Translations under genes and position numbers: made by a program
Shown here: one piece after another, positions 50,466-62,349 of the stretch
Numbering within the stretch: position 1 is the stretch's first letter
Layout: the number at the start of each line of letters is the position of its first letter
From: Octopus sinensis
Taxonomy: Eukaryota
Assembly (NCBI RefSeq): GCF_006345805.1
Contig: NC_042998.1
Span: 50,406,001 to 50,470,000 of the forward strand
Length of the DNA stretch: 64,000 nt
Reading direction: 5' to 3'
Notes under the pieces: model-generated
What the model saw: the letters and a program-made list of their open reading frames with translations, nothing else
Database searches by the model: none
What the model was told of the DNA's origin: nothing

Positions 50466-50603
50466 TATGTTTACAAGGGCTAGACCGGCATCTCCAACTA
50501 GCAGGCCATGTTACTCCAGACTGATGACGAGCAAATACTCAGAAACTTGTCTCTGGATGCAGGCTTAGCTAGATGGAGGTGCTTGTCTCCCTTTGTAAAC
50601 ATA
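50466..50603 (+). ncRNA. Type-I hammerhead ribozyme capping a ~45-bp rod-like stem I
   Basis: TCCAGA-CTGATGA-C-GAG(CAAATA)CTC-A-GAA-ACTTGT-C-TCTGGA; outer helices GCATCTCCAACTAGC/GCTAGATGGAGGTGC and TATGTTTACAA/TTGTAAACATA. Confidence 0.85.
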
Positions 50604-50732
50604 AGGACTCAGGAAATGTGTCAAGGCCGACAGGAAGCGTCTAGGGCTACATAGCAGTAGTGTGATTCCCTTTATGGGACTGTCGCGTTAAGTTGACAGT
50701 ATACAACTATTCTTTCTCCCTATATATATATA

Positions 50733-50915
50733 TAGGGAGAATTCACAAAAACAAAAGACGGAGACAGGTGGTGTAGACAACAAACAGATGTATTAGTATA
50801 ACGCTCGGGAATCTAAAGGTCATTAACGTTTCGAGCCTACGCTCTTCCACAGAAAGGAACACAGAAAGAAACAAGGAGAGAAAATAAAGAATGTGTAGTG
50901 GCTAGCGATCTATCA
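50733..50915 (-). mobile_element. Penelope-like pLTR remnant with variant minimal HHR
   Basis: Reverse complement of 17110-17286; minus strand CTTT-CTGTGGA-A-GAGC(GTAG)GCTC-GAA-ACGT-T at 50821-50856. Confidence 0.6.
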
Positions 50916-50922
50916 TGGCGAA

Positions 50923-50953
<31 letters not shown>

Positions 50954-50955
<2 letters not shown>

Positions 50956-51390
50956 AGGTGACGCAAAAGTTTGGACCCATACGCAATTTATTGTATAACA
51001 ATTTACAGTTTACAATAAGTGTTCGAACTGACTTCTACCTTTCAAACACTTTCTTACTCGGCAGATGCAGGATCTTTGCACATTTCTGTGTATTGAGTTG
51101 TTCCCTCTTATGGCTCCAATTTCTTGTGTGATGTTATGTTTTGGAGCTTGTAATGTTCTTGGCCCGTTAGCATAGACCGCTGATTTAAGATATCTCCAGA
51201 AGAAATAATCTAAAGGGCTCAAATCCGGAGATCTCGGTGGCCATTCAACAGGTTCTCGACGTCCATTTCATTTTCTTGGAAATGTATAGTCCAAAAAACT
51301 TTGCTCATCTTTCGTATAATGTGGCGGAGCCCCATCCTGTTGAAATCACATATCTCTTCGAATTGCTAATGGTACGTCATCTTGGCAAGT
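50954..51390 (-). mobile_element. Tc1/mariner DD41D (rosa/Visitor-type) transposase 3' fragment with right end
   Basis: FQQDGAPPH...EWPPRSPDLSPLDYF with 41 residues between the two catalytic D; TA|CAAGGTGACGCAAAAGT end. Confidence 0.8.
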
Positions 51391-51425
51391 CATAGGGAAT
51401 GTTTTTAATTAATGAAGGATGACTC

Positions 51426-51520
51426 AGAGCACAGTTTAAGCTATCTTTTCGTGGATGTTCTAAAATAAGTCGAAAGATAAACTGCTATAAATCAGCACGA
51501 ATTTTCCAGACAACCCAGTA
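51426..51520. mobile_element. Mariner end fragment of the family at 57857-58422
   Basis: TGTTCTAAAATAAGTCGAAA...AAATCAGCACGAATTTTCCAGACAACCCAG|TA matches ~58362-58424. Confidence 0.7.
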
Positions 51521-51524
51521 GAAT

Positions 51525-51655
51525 TCTTTTCTACTCTAGGCACAAGGCCTGAAATTTTGGGGGAGAGGAAGTCGATTAGATTGATCCCAGTACTCAACTG
51601 GTGCTTAATTTATCGACCCTGAAAGGATGAAAGGCAAAGTCGACCTCGATGGAAT
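51525..51655 (-). mobile_element. SINE family A 3' part
   Basis: GGCACAAGGCCTGAAATTTTGGGGG...GAAAGGCAAAGTCGACCTCG. Confidence 0.85.
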
Positions 51656-51774
51656 GGCTATATAGAATTAATCCCATATAGATCTCCCACTTCATATTCT
51701 AAAACTGCAATGAAAGACTGAATAGTAAAGTGTGATCTTCTTTCGCATGTAAGACCTATTTAGGGTTCCCGTTT

Positions 51775-52096
51775 TATCTTTTATCTTTTACATTTTATTT
51801 GTAGTGCGGTCATGCTGGGGCACTACCGCGAAGGATTTCTTTGCCGAATGAATCGATCCCAGTACTTATATTTTAAGCCCGGTATTTATTCTATCAGTCA
51901 TTAAACAGAACCGCTAGGTTACAGAGACGTAAATAAACGAACACCGGTTGTCAAAAGGTGGTGAGGGACACACACAAACACAAAGCCACACACACATATA
52001 CGCATACATACATACATATACGCATACATACATATATACATACATACGTATATGCATACATACATGTAGACATACATACATACATGCATACATACA

Positions 52097-52128
<32 letters not shown>

Positions 52129-52380
52129 CGCATACATACATATATACATATATGCGTATATGCATACATACATACATACACGTAGACATACATACATACA
52201 TGCATACATACATACATACATACATACATACATACATACGTACATACGTACATACGTACGTCCGTACGTACGTACATACATACATACATACATACATACA
52301 TACATACATACATACCTATGATAGACTTTCAGTTTCCGTCAAATTCACTGGAAAGCAATAGTCCAGCCGGAGGCACTATA
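51775..52380 (-). mobile_element. SINE family B with expanded (TACA)n interior
   Basis: Tail at 51775-51975, head remnant at 52320-52380. Confidence 0.75.
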
Positions 52381-52799
52381 GCGGGTCATGTGTACTGTCT
52401 TCCCTCCCGGCAATAAGATAAAAAAAGGACATTAGACAATGCACTTCAATATATATTACACTCATGAAAACAACGACAAAATCAGAACGACTATGATACT
52501 TTTGATCATAGCTGTACATGTTATCAACAACAATAGCAATATAACAACAATAACAATAATATCTCGTATGTAAGTAAATATATCTTTGAATTATTTTTGT
52601 GTTCAAATTAACGTTTAGTCATCTTTAAGCACATCAGGACTTTAAGGCATTTTCAAAATGCATTGTAATCAATCTTTACTGTTTTCTTAAAATACTAACT
52701 TTAGTTCGATAATCAAAACTAATTTTCACATACTTAACCGAAAATTTTTTTTTGTATTTATTAAGCATCTACAAAACATACAATTATAAACAAAATACT

Positions 52800-52973
52800 C
52801 TTTTACTCTTTTACTTGTTTCAGTGATTTGACTGCGGCCATGCTGGAGCACCGCCATTAGTCGGCTAAATCGACCCCAGGACTTATTCTATCGGTCTCTT
52901 TTGCCGAACCGCTAAGTTACGGGGATGCAAACACACCAGCATCGGTTGTCAAGCGATGTTGGGGGTACAAACA

Positions 52974-53046
<73 letters not shown>

Positions 53047-53185
53047 CATATATACGACGGGATTCTTTCAGTTTCTGTCTACCAAATCCACTCACAAGGC
53101 TTTGGTCGGCCCGAGGCTATAGTAGAAGACACTTGCCCAAGGTGCCACACAGTGGGACTGAACCCGGAACCATGTGGTTGGTAAT
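52800..53185 (-). mobile_element. SINE family B
   Basis: Complete tail-to-head match with (CA)n/(TA)n interior. Confidence 0.9.
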
Positions 53186-53289
53186 TTATTGAGGATTCGT
53201 TTTTCTTAGTTGAATTTTAGAGAGCTAGTGTACCTTACATCACATATGGATTGTATCATCTTTAAAATCTCTTTTCCCTCAAATAAATA

Positions 53290-53990
53290 ACTTAGTGAAA
53301 TCTATCTAAATACTTGCCTCGTATTTCGAGGAAAGTATAGATATGATTGCAGAAAATTTATTTTTAATGAACTTCTGCAGCATAATTCTTTGACTGTTTC
53401 GAGCAAGTTTGGAGCTAAAATAATATAATCTCCACATCTGAGAAGCAATTTATACACAGGCTTCTCACTTTCTTATCTTTTCGTGAAGTTCAGCTTTTCT
53501 TCAAACCTTTCACCAAAAATTGCTTTCATAACTCTAGTTCCACAAAGAAAAAATGCTTTATTTTATCTTTAATTTTCTATTCAATCTTCCTGTGTTTTCC
53601 CTGGAGATTATATTCACCAATACTATAGCAATCCATAGCTTTCATGAAATTATTGTATCACAGCTAATTTAATATAAAGAGAATAACTAAGCATTTTGGT
53701 GTTAACAAAATCTTTTGGTCGAATATTGTATGTGATGCTTTTCTTGAGTAATTTTTAAAACTTTTTGTTAATATGTCTGTCTCAAAAGACTCAAGAAATA
53801 GTTTACACATCCAATCTGTCCAACAGCCTTCAGATTTCCTCAGTTCTAAAAGACTAATCATGAAAGCTACATTTTATTTATTTATTCTTTTTGTTATGCG
53901 GAACAGACTAATCATGACGTCTGCTGATACCACTTCTTGGTTTATGGATGTTTTAGAAAATCTTATTTGTTTCGGTTTCAAACATTCGGA
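53290..53990 (-). mobile_element. Chapaev3-like (CMC) DNA transposase fragment, degraded
   Basis: Translations DQKILLTP, LYIKLAV, NNFMKAMD and KINFLQSYLYFP resemble KILLPPLHIKLGLMKNFVKAMD and LKIHFLHSHLDFFP. Confidence 0.55.
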
Positions 53991-54409
53991 TTAAATTCAT
54001 GACTGGAAGTTTTCGTGAACGTCACACCGATACCCACAACACTTTCCTAAATGTCTGCTGGAAAATAACCTTAAGACCGCTGGACTATTCTTCCTCTTTT
54101 CAAATATCTAATCAAGCCCTACATATCGTTGCCTACAAACACATAACCCATATATCCTGTTTCTCTCCGAGGCACATATCTCTCACTGCTTATGCAGCCC
54201 ATCAATGCTGTTCAGATTACACACTATATTAAAATAACCAAGAGATGGAGAAATTTGGGCCATGATATGCAGTTGTGCTGCAACAGGTTAGTCAGTAAAA
54301 AATGCCTACAACGCTTAGAAAATCACTGGTCCTTGTTTCATTGACTACAGACGGGTGGAAGACAATACTGATCTCGGTGATATTTTCAATCAGAATATAA
54401 AGGGATAGA

Positions 54410-55020
54410 AAGGTGGCGAGCTGACAGAAACGTTAGCACGCCGGGCGAAATGCTTAGCGGTATTTCGTCTGCTGCCACGTTCTGAGTTCAAATTCCGCCG
54501 AGGTCGACTTCGCCTATCATCCTTTCGGGGTCGATTAAATAAGTACCAATTACGCACTGGGGTCGATGTAATCGACTTAATGCCTATGTCTGTCCTTGTT
54601 TGTCCTCTCTGTGTTTAGCCCCTTGTGGGTAATTAAGAAATAGCTATTTCATCTGCTGCCACGTTCTGAGTTCAAATTCCGCCGAGGTCGACTTTGCCTT
54701 TCATCCTTTCGGAGTCGATTAAATAAGTACCAGTTACGCACTGGGGTCGATGTAATCGACTTAATCCATTTGTCTGTCATTGTTTGTTCCCTCTGTGTGC
54801 CCCCTTGTGGGCAGTAAAGAAAAATAATAATGGTTAGTATGTCGGTCAAAATGCTCAGTGGCGTTTCTTCAGGTTCTTTACATTTTGGGCTCAAATTCCG
54901 CCGAGGTTATCTTTATTTTTCATCTTTTCGGAATCGATAAAATAAGTATCAGTTGAGCATTGAGACCTATGTGATCGACTAGTCTCTTCTCCCAAATCCC
55001 ATTCCTTGTACGTATAGTAC
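54410..55020 (+). mobile_element. SINE family A, three-module copy
   Basis: Head GGTGGCGAGCTGACAGAAACGTTAGC; modules at 54461, 54645 and ~54862. Confidence 0.9.
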
Positions 55021-55796
55021 GAAGAAAGGAAAAAAAAAAATTACGCTCTACATTCTTAGGGGGAAAATAATCCGGTGTGTACAATGCTTATATAAAAAGA
55101 CAAGATGGACTTAGTTGGATTGGTCCTCTCGATCAGAATAAACATGCAGACTACACAACATCCACTACAACAAGAATTTAAACCACAAGAAATGACATGT
55201 TCGACATTTCATTGATCCATAATTGTCTGTTCAATAGAGGAAATAGTGATTCGATGGAAATGATTATAAGGTGTTTTACTACTGACTAGTTTCAAGTCGC
55301 CGTACATATAATAAGTCTATTTTCGAATATAATTGTAAATCACTTTAGAAAAATTTAAAAGAGGAGAGAGGCGGGAAGGGAAGTGAGAAAGCGAGAGAGA
55401 GAGAGAGAGAGAGTAGAAAAAATGATAATAGAAAACAGCGAATCTTACCTAATATATGCCTTGAGTACGTAGTCACCATTTGCACTGCTTGATGGGTGCT
55501 TTGTAGACAGTATAATAATCATGTTCATCTCTTTGAATTATAATTTTATTATCAGTCTGCCACTGTAGTTTTTGTGATTGAAAGCTAATTCGATGCATTT
55601 TTTCCTTTCGTTAATAAACCCACTCCCACATACACTCCCACATACACACACATAATACACACACATACATACATGCATATATATATATATATATATTATA
55701 TATACACACACACATATATATATATATGCATAAATACATGCCTTGTCTCTATACACATACACACATATATAGACATATACATTACATTGATATATG

Positions 55797-55837
<41 letters not shown>

Positions 55838-56444
55838 ACGTACACATACATACATACGTACATACATACATACATACATACATACATACATACATACATA
55901 CATACATACATACATACATACATGTGGGTGTGTATATTATAATTCTTTCCCATTTATTTTTCTCTCTTTTGATGCAGACAATTTTAGATCATTAATAGTT
56001 CGTTGGTAGACATAATTTTAATGAAGCTTGCTTAAATCCGCAACCATTATTCTGTAATTTTTCATAACAGCTACATCGTGATCAAAGTTACCAGTTTAAT
56101 AGATTTAAATTAAATCGAATTATTTGGGCAAGGCCCATTGTTATTTCTAGTCTAACCTTAACTATAATGATGATAAAGTTGGTGGTGATGTGGGTACTTG
56201 ACAATTATATCAAAACTTGCAGCCTTTTGTTAACCACTTAATATTTCAGCTAAATCAGCTAAAACAGCTGATGTAGTGGTTGAATTAAAGACAGTGAAAG
56301 ACTGAGTCGATATGCATGTTAAGAAATTGATAGGTCGCGTTGTGTTTGCGGGGTCGGGGGTACGTTTGTATCTATTTAGATAGAATACACCTTATAAATA
56401 ATGAAAGCGGTAGATACTATTGAACACGTAGTGTAGACTACATA

Positions 56445-56862
56445 CTCTTTACTCTCTCTTTTACTTGCTTCAGTCATTTGACTGTGGCCATGCTGGAGCA
56501 CCACCTTTAGTCGACCAAATCGACCCCAGGACATATTCTTTGTAAGCCTGGTACTTATTCTATCGGTCTGTTTTGCCGAACCGCTAAGTTACAGGGACGT
56601 AAATACACAAGCATCGATTGTCAAGCGATGTTGGGGGACAACACAGAAACACAAACATATACACACACATACACACACACATACATATATATATTCATAT
56701 GTACGACGGGCTTCTTTTAGTTTCCGTCTGCCAAATCCACTCACAAGGCTTTGGTCGGCCCGAGGCTATAGTAGAAGACACTTTCCCAAGGTGCCACGCA
56801 GTGGGACTGAACCCGGAATCATGTGGCTGGTAAGCAAGCTACTTACCACACAGCCACTCCTA
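56445..56862 (-). mobile_element. SINE family B
   Basis: Complete tail-to-head match. Confidence 0.9.
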
Positions 56863-57802
56863 TATATAGTGAGAGAGAGACTCGTACATACATACATAGT
56901 TACATAATTCATATATGTATATAATTCTATGCGTTGCAGCTGGGGAGTTGACTGATAAAACCAAAGCATAAAGGGGATTACATATAGAAGGTAAAACAGA
57001 ATGCCTATTTGTTGATCAGTTATACATAACACTCGATGACTATAAAGACCCACAACAAAAGACAAATGAAATAGATTAAGCGAAAACGTCATAAAAGGAA
57101 CTCCAAAAGTTAGGCCCGCAACGAAGTTACTGCAATGAGACTTGACCATATTCCTTTTCGATGATATAAGAAACAAAATGTAACACAGATTTACGCCGTA
57201 CCATTTGATAGAATTGCACGCGTCGATTTATAAATCTCTTCTACGAAAGGCTCAGGAACCAAATGTAAACCATCTGACAAGTGTGATATTTTATAGAAGA
57301 AAGAGCCTTACTGTATATTCTATAAAAATTCATCTTTGCTGGAGAACTATAACAAAGAGTTGTTTGTTATTCGTAAGGGAAATCAATTCCCAAAATGATC
57401 ACACCTTGCGGACATTTTACGGCAATTATTGATGAGGGCCTGTGATATATTTCATACTGGTATGACTCAATCAACATTTTGTATCAGAAGAAACAGGTTT
57501 AAAGGCATCCATAATGTTGTTGACATTTTCTAGCTTTCGAGATATGTAGTCAGGCATAACTTCCCACTGGTGTGTTATATGTTTATCACTGGAGTGATGG
57601 GCATTTCCTCTACACATCTTTGTATTATATAGGTCAGTCCAGCCACTCTTGGTTCACAAGGAATAGCTGCACAAACCACAGAGTACCAGTTCAAGAGTTC
57701 TTCGCCTCATTTTATGATTTTACTACCTTCGCTATTTAGTATACATTTGATGTACTAATTTCTCTCTTTACTGCTCTGTATACGCGCGCACGCACGCACG
57801 CG

Positions 57803-57853
<51 letters not shown>

Positions 57854-57856
57854 CTA

Positions 57857-58422
57857 TTGGGTTGCCCGGAAAGTTCGTGCCGATTTTTAAAGGAATGAAA
57901 AAGGTCAATAAATACTTGCCATTACATTTTTAATCGACCAAATATAAACCATTTTGTTCCACAATGCGTCTCCATCTTTCCTTTAACTTGAAAATACCCT
58001 CTTCCCAGAATTGAGGTGGTTTCATGGCAAAGAATTCATCGAGGTATCTTTTTATGTCATCCAAGGAATTGAGATTTTTACCATTAAGATTATTCTGCAG
58101 AGACCTGAATAAGTGGAAATCCGAAGGAGCAATATCTGATAAATATGGAGGGTGGGGTAACACATCCCAGCCGAGCTGCAGCAATTTTTGTCTGGTTCCC
58201 AAAGCATCAAGTGCCGAAAATGAACTTTCTTATCTTCCATTTTAAAGGGTTACAGAATTAACACAAGTTATAAGAACATAAACCGTCTTCCACAAAAATA
58301 TAGCTTAAACTGTGCTCTAAATGGAGATGTAGTAAAATCCTATTTTGTGGACTCAACCATGTTCTAAAATAAGTCGAAATGTAAGCTACTATAAATCGGC
58401 ACTAACTTTCCGGACAACGCAA
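57857..58422 (-). mobile_element. Internally deleted mariner (DD34D type) with both TIRs and TA TSD
   Basis: TA|TTGGGTTGCCCGGAAAGTTCGTGCCGATTT ... AAATCGGCACTAACTTTCCGGACAACGCAA|TA; N-terminal MEDKKVHFRHLMLWE fused to C-terminal LPHPPYLSDIAPSDFHLF...RW. Confidence 0.92.
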
Positions 58423-58529
58423 TATACAACACATTTTAGTACAATCTTAAAGCTTTAAAGAAAAAAAAGACATTTATGGTGAAATAATGAGAGAGAGAGA
58501 GAGAGCTCTTGATATTAAACCAGAACGGA

Positions 58530-58925
58530 AGGCAGCGAGTGGGTAGAATCCTTAGCATGCCAGGCAAAATGCTTAGCGATATTTCATCTGTTTTTACGTT
58601 CTGAGTTCAAATTCCGCCGAGATCAACTTTGCCTTTCATCCTTTCGGGGTCGATTAAATAAGTACCAGTTACGCACTGGAGTCGATATAATCGACTTAAT
58701 CCGTTTGTCTGTCCTTATTTGTCCTCTCTGTGTTTAGCCCCTTGTGGGTTGTAAAGAAATAGAAATAGGTATTTCGTCCGTCCTTACTCAAGGAGTTCAA
58801 ATTCCACCGAGATCGACTTTGCCTTTCATCCTTTCGCGGTCAGCTAAATAAGTACCAACTGAGCACTGGGGTCGATGTAATCGACTTATCCCCTCCCCCG
58901 AAATTGCTGGCTTTGTGCCAAAATT
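58530..58925 (+). mobile_element. SINE family A, two-module copy
   Basis: Modules at 58580 and 58770. Confidence 0.85.
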
Positions 58926-59068
58926 ATTATACCAGGGCTACATCATTTGGTGTACGTCTGTGATTATTGGAGCACATAGTTGTCTTAGTAACTACCCCAA
59001 CTCTAATCTTAAGAAGCTAAGATTCACAAAACCAGACTAGATATGGCCAATTAGAAAATTATACTTAC

Positions 59069-60548
59069 ATGGCCAAGAACTATAGACCTATCTCTCTGAC
59101 CTCACACATCAGCAAGGTCATGGAACGAATAGTCAGAAGGAAGCTGATCACCTTCCTTGAAGAGAATGACTTGCTGCCCGACACCCAACATGGTTTCCGA
59201 CCAGGGAGAAGCTGTTTAACTCAGCTCCTACAACACTATGACTGGGTGCTGAAACGGCTGCTCAACCACTCAAATGTGGAAGTGATATATCTCGACTTTG
59301 CAAAGGCCTTTGATAAAGTCGATCATGGAATGATATGTCACAAACTGCGTGATCTCAACATAGTTGGAAAACTGAAAGAATGGCTTCATGACTTTCTGAA
59401 AGATAGAAGTCAGGTGGTAGTGGCCAATGGGGCCACTTCCATTAACACGCAAATAGTGAGCGTGTTCCGCAGGGCACTGTTTTGGGACCACTACTGTTCA
59501 TAATGGCCCTCTCAGACATGCCCTCAGCCCGCAGAGAGCCACGATCACAAGTTATGCAGATGATACAAAAGTTTCACAGGCAATACAGAACCCTGAGGAC
59601 ACTAAACACCTGCAATGTGAGCTAGACAAAATATACAAGTGGGCCGAAAAGAATAGCATGCAGTTCAATGCTGAAAAGTTTCAAGCTCTATACTATCAGC
59701 ATGCAAAACTAAATGCAATACCCAATGAATACACTGGACCCGGAGGAATAGCAATCCCAGAGGCACAATCAGTGCGTGACCTAGGTATTTACATGAGTGA
59801 TGACGCGACCTTTCGTGTACATGTTGCTAAATGGCAATGAAATGTAGACGACTGGCCGGATGGATCCTCAGAACCTTTAGAACAAGAGAACAAGAAACCA
59901 TGATGGTCCTCTGGAGGACACTTGTCCTAAGCCACTTTGACTACTGCTCTCAGTTATGGTCACCATCCAGTGTCAAGTTGATCACAGAGCTCGAGGCGAT
60001 CCAACGTAGCTACACGAAGAAGATAGCCTCTATGCAGAATGTAAGCTACTGGGAAAGACTCAAGAGATTAAAACTATATTCCCTGGAGCGTAGGCGGGAA
60101 AGATATGCCATAATATACATCTGGAAGATCCTGGAGGGAAGTGTCCTGAACTTTGGCATCGAGAGTTACGCAAATGCCAGAACTGGGCGCCACTGCGTGG
60201 TGCCTAGGACTCCAAACTTGCCATCGAGATGTAGGACAAGATTCTGTGATAGCCTGGGCTTCTGAGGCCCACAGCTCTTCAATATCCTCCCGAAGAACCT
60301 GAGAGACCTGCATGGGGTGGATGCAGATGTCTTTAAAATGAAGCTGGATCTCTTCCTGTCAGGTGTCCCAGATGAACCAACTTCACGGCAGGAGGGGCAG
60401 ATGAGGGCAGCTGCATCGAACTCTCTCATGCACCAAATAGCAGTTGCTAGAAAGCCTTCATTAAGTGAAACCAAGTAGCAACACCAAATGGCGGTACCCC
60501 AGCATGGCCACAGCTCATAAGCTGAAACTAGAATCAATCAATCAATCA
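59069..60548 (+). mobile_element. 5'-truncated CR1-clade LINE (RT and 3' UTR), disabled
   Basis: NYRPISLTS, QHGFRPGRSC, YLDFAKAFDKVDH, SYADDTK, RDLG and YSLERRR motifs; frameshifts near 59460 and 59830, stop at 60263; ends in a stem-loop plus (AATC)n. Confidence 0.95.
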
Positions 60549-60938
60549 TGGCATTAATGAAACAGGTAAGATGTGTAAAACGTTCCAAAGTTTTGTACGT
60601 AACGTGAACATAGGCGCTCGTATAGACATTCAGACTTAAAAACATATACATAATTCAAATCATGGACACACACACACACACACACGCACACACATATTCT
60701 GAGTACAGATGTTTGCATACACTCATAGCTACCTGGCTCGTGTTATCTAAATTCTAAGGTAACCCTTGTTTCTGAGTTGATGAACAGCTATGTCTCTATT
60801 GATAAGAATTTATGTAAAGTAAGCCAGAAGCACATGGATACGTACATACGTACATGCTCATGCACAAATGAGTAAGCTGAGTAAGCATCTACTAACATAT
60901 ATATCTAGATATACATACATATAGACACACACAGAGAC

Positions 60939-60973
<35 letters not shown>

Positions 60974-61007
60974 GTGGTGTGTGTGTGTGTGTGAGTATAT
61001 ATATATG

Positions 61008-61099
<92 letters not shown>

Positions 61100-61493
61100 G
61101 TGTGTATTCAGATATACATATTGTAATTGACTTTCACTCAGACCAGTTAAGTAGTAGTGCGTGATGTCTTCATAAATAGAATTATTCAGAATAGAAAATT
61201 AAAATAGTAATAATAATAATAATAAAAACTTACAGATCTAGCTTCTATAGTCACTACAGATGCACTATGTAGCCATTTGCATTAACGCACGAAAACACAA
61301 ACCAAACGTTAGTGAACTTGTATTTAAGTGTTAAGCCTATACCTGGTTACGTTTCTCATTTTTTTTTTCGCTATTTTATTTTTTCGGTGACAAGACACAA
61401 AACCTAACAAATAAAATAAAAATAATCAATGAACGGAAAACTTTATCTATCAGTCTATCTACATATAGACATCATATAGACATTGTGTGTGTG

Positions 61494-61528
<35 letters not shown>

Positions 61529-62254
61529 ATTTTAACATAATGTCTATGCAGGCATATTCCTTTTATTAAAAAATATAGAAACGTTTTACGTTAATGTAAT
61601 TTCAAATGTGAAACGTAATTTTTTATATATATATATATATTATATATTTCTTGCGAGAGTAAAATTTATTTATTTATTATTATTTTTTTTTTATATATAT
61701 TTGAGGAATAGAACGTCTAGACGAGATATATAGAATGCAGAAAAATCAATCAAACGATAAATGAAATTGTGAAAGTGGAATTAAGTGATACGAAAATGTT
61801 TCTGTTTAGAAAAAAATAGTATTTCTCACTTATTGATCATTATTTGATTAACGAAATGTTCAAAATTTTAAGTTGTAATGCGCACACTAAATGACTATAT
61901 GACCAAAGTCAACGAACTTGTTCTTCAGCCAGCAAAGAATGGTTTCTTCAATATGAAGAAAGCGGAAGGAGGATTAGAATGGGATCCAAGCGGTCGTTTT
62001 GTAATCTTTATTTTAAAAAAAATTTTCCTTTATTGGTTTCAGCCAATAAACTGCCGTCATGCTGCGGTACATTTCGAACGAATCGATCCTAATACATATG
62101 TTTTTTCTTTTCTGTTTTTTTTTTTCTTTTCAATTGTGAGTCTGGTCCGTATTACAGGGACGCAAACGAACCAACTCCGGCTTTCAAGATGTGAGGGCGA
62201 GGTATACAATCACAGACACAAAGACGCACACAAACATAGATATACATGCATGCA

Positions 62255-62291
<37 letters not shown>

Positions 62292-62349
62292 CAGAGTTGT
62301 ACTTGCATAGCAAGTGACCTGATCTGAGATCGTGTGCTGGAACGAAAAC

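Noticed and set aside
61878-62327. 149-aa ORF starting MRTLNDYMTK
   Set aside because: Runs through T-tracts, a SINE remnant and microsatellite; no recognisable domain
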